Shown here piece by piece: positions 6,246-11,573 of a stretch of 11,573 bases of DNA. The stretch comes from a virus: the UHGV virus genome UHGV-1580203; one strand, written 5' to 3'. The first letter of the stretch is position 1, and every line of letters begins with the position of its first letter. The notes under the pieces are model-generated. The model worked only from the letters and a program-made list of their open reading frames with translations, was not told where the DNA came from and ran no database searches. The translations under genes were made by a program, and so were the position numbers.

Positions 6246-6506
6246 ATGCAATCACCATTACGAAATGTGCGTAAGGCGCATGGTTTCACTTTGCAGCATG
6301 TTGCTGCGGGTGTTCAAGTCAATCCAGCGACGTTGAGTCGTATTGAGAGGCTGGAGCAGATTCCATCTATCGAGCTTGCAGAACGTTTAGCCAATTTTTT
6401 TAAGGGTGAAGTCAGCGAAATGCAGATTCTTTATCCGGCACGTTTTCAATCTAGCCAAAACCAGAATGGGTTTAAACCACAGGAACAGGAGGTGAACCGT
6501 GGGTAA
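6246..6506 (+). CDS. cro: Cro-like HTH transcriptional regulator (XRE family)
   Basis: 86 aa; HTH segment GFTLQHVAAGVQVNPATLSRIERLEQ; first gene rightward of the operator region, divergent from cI; GGAGG RBS. Confidence 0.88.
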   Translation: MQSPLRNVRKAHGFTLQHVAAGVQVNPATLSRIERLEQIPSIELAERLANFFKGEVSEMQILYPARFQSSQNQNGFKPQEQEVNRG

Positions 6507-7050
6507 GCATCACTGGAAAGTAGAAAAACAGCCTGAGTGGTACGTGAAAGCTGTCAGAAAAACTATCGCAGCGTTGCCGGGGGGGTACGCTGAAGCTGCT
6601 GACTGGCTGGATGTAACAGAGAACGCATTATTTAACCGCCTTCGTGCCGATGGCGATCAGATTTTCCCGCTGGGATGGGCAATGGTTTTGCAACGTGCTG
6701 GTGGAACTCACTTCATTGCTGACGCTGTGGCGCAGTCTGCAAATGGCGTCTTTGTGTCTCTTCCTGATGTCGAGGATGTGGACAACGCCGATATCAACCA
6801 ACGCCTGCTGGAGGTCATTGAACAGATCGGCAGTTATTCAAAACAGATTCGTTCAGCAATTGAAGACGGTGTAGTGGAACCGCATGAGAAGACAGCAATT
6901 AACGACGAGCTGTACCTCTCAATTTCGAAGCTGCAGGAGCATGCAGCACTGGTCTACAAAATCTTTTGCGTTTCAGAAAGTAGTGACGCCCGCGAGTGTG
7001 CAGCTCCGGGCGCCGTGGCGTGTCGTGACTGTGGAGAAACTAACGCATGA
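6499..7050 (+). CDS. CII-like or YdaT-like regulatory protein candidate (function by position only)
   Basis: 183-aa ORF starting at GTG 6499 (RBS AGGAGG upstream), overlapping the cro stop; position immediately after cro is where cII-type or YdaT-type proteins sit; the CDS is clear but the family assignment is weak. Confidence 0.75.
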   Translation: MGKHHWKVEKQPEWYVKAVRKTIAALPGGYAEAADWLDVTENALFNRLRADGDQIFPLGWAMVLQRAGGTHFIADAVAQSANGVFVSLPDVEDVDNADINQRLLEVIEQIGSYSKQIRSAIEDGVVEPHEKTAINDELYLSISKLQEHAALVYKIFCVSESSDARECAAPGAVACRDCGETNA

Positions 7051-7385
7051 ACAGTTTAACAACACACTACCGTCGCTCGCAACTGATTGCGCTTCCTGTA
7101 CCGGGTGGAAAAGCGAAGGTGGAGTATTGCTATGCAGTAAATGTACCAGGTGACAGGGAAATTGTAACCCACAGCTTTGCTGAGTGGGCTGTGGGTGATT
7201 TCAACCGGCAGAAGGAGACAGTCCTTTGCGACAAGTTAACCGCTGGTTCAAAGATCACTACGGAGTGCCCGTCAGAGTCATTCGTTGGGAGCCGGAAACA
7301 CAACGAGTTATCTACCTCCGCGAAGGCTATGAGCATGAGTGCTTCAGCCCGCTCGAACAGTTTCGTCGTAAATTCAGGGAAATAG
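7047..7385 (+). CDS. Hypothetical ORF (112 aa); 3' half likely not coding in this frame
   Basis: ATGA overlap with the upstream stop supports a start at 7047, but the C-terminal third ([22 protein letters not shown]) is low-complexity while an alternative frame looks protein-like from about 7199. Confidence 0.3.
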   Translation: MNSLTTHYRRSQLIALPVPGGKAKVEYCYAVNVPGDREIVTHSFAEWAVGDFNRQKETVLCDKLTAGSKITTECPSESFVGSRKHNELSTSAKAMSMSASARSNSFVVNSGK

Positions 7386-7405
7386 AGGTCGGTCATGAGC
7401 ACTAA
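7226..7405 (+). CDS. Candidate small protein (about 59 aa, TTG start) in an alternative frame, not in the supplied ORF track
   Basis: RBS GAAGGAGA at 7211-7218 then TTG at 7226; frame reads [59 protein letters not shown] to stop at 7403-7405; protein-like composition; overlaps the O-like start by 11 nt. Confidence 0.35.
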   Translation: MRQVNRWFKDHYGVPVRVIRWEPETQRVIYLREGYEHECFSPLEQFRRKFREIEVGHEH

Positions 7406-8336
7406 ATTAACCGGCTATGTATGGGATGGTTGCGCTGCATCAGGCATGAAATTATCCAGCGTGGCAATTATGGCCCGCCTGGCTGATTTCAGTAATGACG
7501 AAGGTGTGTGTTGGCCATCAATTGAAACCATTGCCCGTCAGATTGGCGCGGGGATGAGTACCGTCAGGACGGCTATCGCACGGCTGGAAGCAGAAGGCTG
7601 GTTAACGCGTAAGGCGCGTCGCCAGGGTAACCGCAATGCGTCGAATGTTTATCAGCTTAACGTTGCGAAGCTTCAGGCAGCGGCATTTTCTCAACTGTCA
7701 GATTCTGACCCGTCAAAATCTGACGCATCAAAATCTGACCCGTCAAAATTTGATGCGTCGAAATCTGGCAAAAAAGCGGGTTTTCACCCGTCAGAATCTG
7801 GCGGGGATCCGTCAGTAAAATCAAAACATGATCCGTCAGATAAAAAACCTTCTCGTCCGGACGCTTCGCAACCGGACACGCAGACGGATGAACAGGATTT
7901 TTTAACTCGCCATCCTGATGCGGTTGTATTCAGCCCTAAAAAGCGCCATTGGGGAACGCAGGATGATTTGACCTGCGCACAGTGGCTCTGGAAAAAAATC
8001 ATCGCCCTGTACGAGCAAGCCGCCGAATGTGACGGCGAGGTGGTTCGTCCCAAAGAACCGAACTGGACAGCCTGGGCAAACGAAATTCGCCTGATGTGTG
8101 TGCAGGATGGTCGTACTCACAAACAAATCTGCGAGATGTACAGCCGCGTCAGCCGCGATCCGTTCTGGTGCCGTAACGTGCTCAGCCCGTCGAAGTTGCG
8201 GGAAAAATGGGATGAGCTTTCCCTGCGCTTATCACCGTCCGTCAGCACGTACACCGAAAAACGCGAAGACCCGTACTTCAAATCCAGTTACGACAACGTG
8301 GACTACAGCCAGATCCCGGCAGGATTCAGGGGGTGA
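7395..8336 (+). CDS. Replication initiator protein (lambda O-like architecture: N-terminal HTH domain, iteron-encoded linker, C-terminal domain)
   Basis: 313 aa; N-terminal HTH-like segment (WPSIETIARQIGAGMSTVRTAIARLEAEGWL); central low-complexity linker encoded by tandem DNA repeats (see ori feature); RBS GAGG upstream of ATG 7395. Confidence 0.85.
   Translation: MSTKLTGYVWDGCAASGMKLSSVAIMARLADFSNDEGVCWPSIETIARQIGAGMSTVRTAIARLEAEGWLTRKARRQGNRNASNVYQLNVAKLQAAAFSQLSDSDPSKSDASKSDPSKFDASKSGKKAGFHPSESGGDPSVKSKHDPSDKKPSRPDASQPDTQTDEQDFLTRHPDAVVFSPKKRHWGTQDDLTCAQWLWKKIIALYEQAAECDGEVVRPKEPNWTAWANEIRLMCVQDGRTHKQICEMYSRVSRDPFWCRNVLSPSKLREKWDELSLRLSPSVSTYTEKREDPYFKSSYDNVDYSQIPAGFRG
7690..7850. repeat. 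Origin-like iteron array inside the initiator gene: four to five 15-bp tandem repeats (TCTGACSSRTCAAAA) followed by spaced GATCCGTCAG repeats and an A-rich tract
   Basis: Seen: units at 7705-7719, 7720-7734, 7735-7749, 7750-7764 and degenerate 7765-7779; CCGTCAG at 7789-7795, 7810-7816, 7834-7840; ATAAAAAA at 7841-7848. Lambda ori likewise lies within O as iterons plus an A/T-rich region. Confidence 0.7.
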
Positions 8337-8338
8337 TC

Positions 8339-8827
8339 ATGAGTCTTTTGAATGAAGTTCAGAAATTCATTGAAGCCCATCCGGGATGTACTTCCGGAGA
8401 CATTGCGGATGCTTTTGCAGGTTACTCACGGCAGCGCGTTCTGCAGTCAGCAAGCAAGTTACGTCAGAGTGGGCGTGTGGCTCACCGTTGTGAAGGAGAT
8501 ACACGCAGACATTTCCCGCGCCTGACTGAGAGAGCGCAGGAACCGGAACCACAACCAGTTCGAGAAACCAGACCTGTGCGCAATTTCTATGTCGGCACTA
8601 ACGATCCACGGGTGATTTTGTGCCTGACCCGCCAGGCTGAAGAACTGGAGTCCAGGGGCTTATACCGTCGTGCTGCAACCGTGTGGATGGCGGCATTCCG
8701 TGAAAGCCACTCCCAGCCAGAACGAAACAATTTTCTGGCGCGTCGTGAGCGGTGCTTACGGAAAAGCAGCAAGCGCGCTGCATCGGGTGAAGAGTGGTAT
8801 CTGTCAGGGAATTACGTGGGGGCTTAA
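8339..8827 (+). CDS. Hypothetical protein with C-terminal PerC-like motif (putative transcriptional regulator)
   Basis: Start taken at ATG 8339 (RBS AGGGGG; GTG 8333 also possible); C-terminal GLYRRAATVWMAAFRESHSQPERNNFLARRERC resembles the PerC-family signature as I recall it; family call is tentative. Confidence 0.6.
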   Translation: MSLLNEVQKFIEAHPGCTSGDIADAFAGYSRQRVLQSASKLRQSGRVAHRCEGDTRRHFPRLTERAQEPEPQPVRETRPVRNFYVGTNDPRVILCLTRQAEELESRGLYRRAATVWMAAFRESHSQPERNNFLARRERCLRKSSKRAASGEEWYLSGNYVGA

Positions 8828-9153
8828 TGACGACGTTAACTCAATGCCAGCAGCAGGTGCTGGATATGCTGATTTCTTACCAGAAAGAACGTGGCTTCCC
8901 GCCAACCAATCAGGAGGTGGCTACCATGCTGGGATACCGTTCAGTGAATGCAGCGGTGGAGCATCTTCGCGCACTGGAGAAAAAAGGCGTCATCACGATA
9001 AAGCGTGGCGTGGCCCGGGGCATCACGCTTCATACCGCGGTGAAGGACGACGACAGCGAGGTGGCCGGGATTATCCGCGCACTGCTTGCTGGTGAGGAAA
9101 ACGCCAGGCTGCGTGCAGCCCACTGGTTACATGAGAGGGGGCTGAAAGTATGA
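8827..9153 (+). CDS. LexA N-terminal DNA-binding-domain protein lacking the S24 peptidase domain (108 aa)
   Basis: LTQCQQQVLDMLISYQKERGFPPTNQEVATMLGYRSVNAAVEHLRALEKKGVITIKRGVARGITL closely parallels the LexA winged-helix N-domain (LTxRQxEV...GxPPTRxEIAxxLGFRSPNAAEEHLKALxRKGVIEI); start ATG 8827 overlaps the upstream stop (TAATG); no Ser/Lys protease domain follows. Confidence 0.75.
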   Translation: MTTLTQCQQQVLDMLISYQKERGFPPTNQEVATMLGYRSVNAAVEHLRALEKKGVITIKRGVARGITLHTAVKDDDSEVAGIIRALLAGEENARLRAAHWLHERGLKV

Positions 9154-9539
9154 AGCTGATTCTGCCTTTTCCACCCAGCGTGAATACCTACTGGCGACAC
9201 CCCAACAAAGTGGCATTTGCTGGTAAGAGCCTGATAAGCGCGGCGGGGCGAAAATTCCAGAGTGCGGCGTGCACAGCAATAGTTGAGCAGTTACGTCGTC
9301 TGCCGAAACCAACGTCGGCACCTGCTTCAGTGGAGATCGTGTTGTTTCCTCCGGATAACCGGATCCGCGATCTGGACAACTATAACAAGGCGCTGTTTGA
9401 CGCCCTGACCCACGCGGGTGTGTGGGAAGACGACAGCCAGGTGAAAAGAATGCTGGTGGAGTGGGGACCGGTTATCCCGGAAGGGAAGGTCGAGATCACT
9501 ATCAGTAAGTACGAGAAAACGGCGGGTGCAGCCGCCTGA
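9150..9539 (+). CDS. rusA: RusA-family Holliday junction resolvase
   Basis: 129 aa; RIRDLDNYNKALFDALTHAGVWEDDSQV matches the RusA catalytic-region signature (RxRDLDN...FDAL...DD); ATGA overlap with the upstream stop. Confidence 0.88.
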   Translation: MKLILPFPPSVNTYWRHPNKVAFAGKSLISAAGRKFQSAACTAIVEQLRRLPKPTSAPASVEIVLFPPDNRIRDLDNYNKALFDALTHAGVWEDDSQVKRMLVEWGPVIPEGKVEITISKYEKTAGAAA

Positions 9540-9558
9540 TCAAGAGGAGAAACGAAGT

Positions 9559-10356
9559 ATGAATAATCTGATGGTCATTGATGGTATTGAAGTTCGTCGT
9601 GATGCTTATGGGCGTTACAGCCTGAACGATCTGCACAGGGCTGCCGGTTCTCTGGATAAGCATAAGCCTGCATTCTGGCTCCGCAATGAGCAAACTGAAC
9701 GTTTAATAAGCGAGTTGCAGATTTGCAACTCGGTCAATATAGAGCCAGTTAACGTTATTCGTGGCGGAAATAACCAGGGGACGTATGTCTGCAAAGAACT
9801 GGTGTATGCCTATGCAATGTGGATCAGCCCGTCATTCCATCTGAAGGTGATCCGTACTTTCGATATGGTAACCAGCGCATCGGAAAAATTATCCGGGCAG
9901 GCTGCTGACAAGATGCAGGCTGGCGTGATTCTGCTGGACTTTATGCGCCGGGAGTTAAACCTGTCTAACTCTTCAGTGCTTGGTGCCTGTCAGAAACTCC
10001 AGGAGGCTGTTGGCTTACCGAATCTGGCACCGCGCTATGCCATTGATGCTCCTGCTGACGCGCCTGATGGCTCAAGCCGCCCCACGCTGTCACTGAGTGC
10101 ACTGCTGAAGCAGTATGGTATCCGCCTGACAGCTAATCAGGCATATCACCAGATGGTGAAGCTGGGGATCGTCGAGCAGCGCGAACGATACAGCCGTACC
10201 GCGATTAACAACATCAAAAAATTCTGGTCGCTGACAGCGAAAGGCTGCATGTTCGGCAAGAACATCACCAGTCCCGCAAATCCGCGCGAGACGCAGCCGC
10301 ATTTCTTCGAATCCCGATTCCCTGAGCTGTTAAAGCTGCTCGATACCGTTCATTGA
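9559..10356 (+). CDS. KilA-N domain protein (putative antirepressor-type DNA-binding protein), start at Met12 of the listed ORF
   Basis: N-terminus MNNLMVIDGIEVRRDAYGRYSLNDLHRAAG...FWLRNEQTERLI is typical of KilA-N domains; RBS AAGAGGAGA upstream of ATG 9559; the listed start at 9526 lies inside rusA. Confidence 0.78.
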   Translation: MNNLMVIDGIEVRRDAYGRYSLNDLHRAAGSLDKHKPAFWLRNEQTERLISELQICNSVNIEPVNVIRGGNNQGTYVCKELVYAYAMWISPSFHLKVIRTFDMVTSASEKLSGQAADKMQAGVILLDFMRRELNLSNSSVLGACQKLQEAVGLPNLAPRYAIDAPADAPDGSSRPTLSLSALLKQYGIRLTANQAYHQMVKLGIVEQRERYSRTAINNIKKFWSLTAKGCMFGKNITSPANPRETQPHFFESRFPELLKLLDTVH

Positions 10357-10357
10357 G

Positions 10358-11353
10358 GTGACCGTGAGAGCACTATTGACCCCTGAAATTGCCCCGCGTA
10401 TGGGGATCGTATTGTTCAGGCCCGGTTCAGAGCTGATGCCCCTGTTTATGCAGGGGCGTGTACTGCTGGAGCCTGAGCCGGAGCATTATTCATCTTTCGC
10501 CAGTGGTGCCGTTCCCGCGGCATCACAACCGCTGGCGGATGATCCTGCCGTTCGGGCCGTGTTCCGTAATGAGGCAGTGATTCGTCGTGCTGGTGGGGTG
10601 GAATGTCTTGAAAGCTGGTTACTTCGTGAAAAAGGCTGCCAGTGGCCTCATTCCGACTGGCACAGCGAGAACATGACCACAATGCGACACGCGCCGGGCG
10701 CAATCCGTCTGTGCTGGCACTGCGATAATCAGTTACGTGATCAGTTCACGGAGCGGCTGGAATCAATGGCAACGGATAACTGTGCCCGTTGGGTGTTGTC
10801 TGTAGTCCGTCGGGATCTCGATTTTAATGATAACCATGCCGTGACAATGCCGGAACTGTGCTGGTGGCTGGTTCGTAATGACCTGGCGGATGCCTTACCG
10901 GAAAGCGCAGCCCGTAAGGCACTGAGATTACCGAAGTCTGTTTTGCCGTCTGTCACCCGGGAAAGTGACCTTGTGCCTTCGGTTCCTGCCACCAGCATCA
11001 TCCAGGATAAGGCGAAAAAGGTGCTGGCGCTGAAAGTGGATCCGGAGTCGCCGGAGTCTTTTATGTTACGCCCCAAACGTCGTCGCTGGGTTAATGAACA
11101 GTACACGCGCTGGGTTAAGACGCAGCCGTGTGCATGTTGTGGAAAGCCAGCTGATGATCCGCATCATCTGATAGGCCATGGTCAGGGTGGAATGGGTACA
11201 AAAGCGCATGACCTTTTTGTGCTGCCTTTGTGCAGAAAACACCACGACGAACTGCATGCGGATACCGTGGCATTTGAAGAGAAGTATGGCTCCCAGCTGG
11301 AGCTGATATTTCGTTTTATCGATCGCGCACTGGCGATTGGTGTGCTGGCCTGA
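10358..11353 (+). CDS. DUF968-like nin-region protein with C-terminal Cys/His (HNH-like) zinc-binding motif
   Basis: 331 aa; C-terminus [43 protein letters not shown] has CxxC...HH...C...HH spacing; start could be GTG 10358 or GTG 10364 (better RBS spacing); family call is recollection-based. Confidence 0.75.
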   Translation: MTVRALLTPEIAPRMGIVLFRPGSELMPLFMQGRVLLEPEPEHYSSFASGAVPAASQPLADDPAVRAVFRNEAVIRRAGGVECLESWLLREKGCQWPHSDWHSENMTTMRHAPGAIRLCWHCDNQLRDQFTERLESMATDNCARWVLSVVRRDLDFNDNHAVTMPELCWWLVRNDLADALPESAARKALRLPKSVLPSVTRESDLVPSVPATSIIQDKAKKVLALKVDPESPESFMLRPKRRRWVNEQYTRWVKTQPCACCGKPADDPHHLIGHGQGGMGTKAHDLFVLPLCRKHHDELHADTVAFEEKYGSQLELIFRFIDRALAIGVLA

Positions 11354-11370
11354 TTTTGTGGAGAAAGTTA

Positions 11371-11573
11371 ATGCGTGATATTCAGATGGTTCTTGAACGT
11401 TGGGGAGCGTGGGCGGCTAATAATCATGAAGATGTGACCTGGTCGTCCATTGCCGCCGGTTTTAAGGGATTAATTCCTTCAAAAGTAAAATCTCGCCCGC
11501 AATGTTGTGACGATGACGCGATGATCATTTGCGGGTGCATGGCCCGTCTGAAAAAGAACAACAGCGATTTACA
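11371..11573 (+). CDS. Q: Late-gene antiterminator Q (phage 82/DLP12 QuuD-like), 5' partial, runs off window end
   Basis: ATG at 11371 with RBS GGAGAAAG; translation [67 protein letters not shown] matches my recollection of the DLP12-type Q N-terminus including the Cys cluster; truncated, so absent from the ORF track. Confidence 0.8.
   Translation, partial: MRDIQMVLERWGAWAANNHEDVTWSSIAAGFKGLIPSKVKSRPQCCDDDAMIICGCMARLKKNNSDL

Noticed and set aside
6644-7153. Plus-strand ORFs (76 aa, 89 aa) in alternative frames within the CII-like gene
   Set aside because: Overlap the better-supported 183-aa frame; no RBS.
7130-7402. 90-aa minus-strand ORF between the CII-like and initiator genes
   Set aside because: Antisense in a rightward operon with no promoter or RBS evidence; the plus-strand frames there are more plausible.
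7636-7818. 60-aa ORF with repeated peptide (LTRQNLTHQNLTRQNL), and the tandem 15-bp repeats considered as a CRISPR-like array
   Set aside because: The peptide repeat is just the iteron DNA read in another frame; the repeats are contiguous 15-bp units without spacers inside a coding region, so they are origin iterons, not CRISPR.
7784-8126. Minus-strand ORFs (89 aa, 74 aa) inside the initiator gene
   Set aside because: Antisense shadows.
8098-8355. 85-aa plus-strand ORF in an alternative frame at the initiator 3' end
   Set aside because: Overlaps the initiator frame; Arg/Ser/Thr/Ala-rich shadow.
8367-9123. Several 60-141 aa ORFs on both strands overlapping the PerC-like and LexA-DBD genes
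   Set aside because: Alternative-frame or antisense shadows with low-complexity Gly/Arg-rich composition; the chosen frames have RBS and coupling signals.
9127-9693. Minus-strand ORFs (64, 63, 63 aa) across rusA and the KilA-N gene start
   Set aside because: Antisense shadows within a rightward operon.
10090-11257. Minus-strand ORFs (70, 85, 121, 63 aa) inside the KilA-N and DUF968-like genes
   Set aside because: Antisense shadows; no start signals.

Overview
This window reads as the left arm, immunity region, replication module and nin region of a lambdoid prophage inserted at the 3' end of a tRNA-Arg(UCU) gene (argU-like). All calls are made by eye from the sequence and the supplied ORF track; no searches were run, so family names are recollection or motif-based. 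Layout, left to right: partial tRNA-Arg (1-52); a minus-strand early-left operon of integrase, excisionase, a five-gene YfdT/S/R/Q/P-like block (lengths 101/120/178/274/120 aa match my recollection of the E. coli CPS-53 yfdPQRST cluster), ending at 4032; a GC-rich, ORF-poor 460-bp segment with a long inverted repeat (4033-4493); an AT-rich orphan 167-aa gene on the plus strand with its own terminator (4494-5198); OL-like operator repeats; a LexA-type CI repressor (minus); a divergent OR region; then plus-strand cro-like, CII/YdaT-like candidate, an O-like replication initiator with internal iterons, a PerC-like protein, a LexA-DNA-binding-domain-only protein, RusA, a KilA-N protein, a DUF968/HNH-like protein, and the 5' end of a Q antiterminator. 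The best candidates for something undescribed are the orphan 167-aa gene in the repressor-adjacent slot (where lambda carries rexAB), the hairpin-plus-boxA element antisense to its terminator, and the structured non-coding segment at 4033-4493. No N-like antiterminator, canonical recombination module or helicase loader was recognised.
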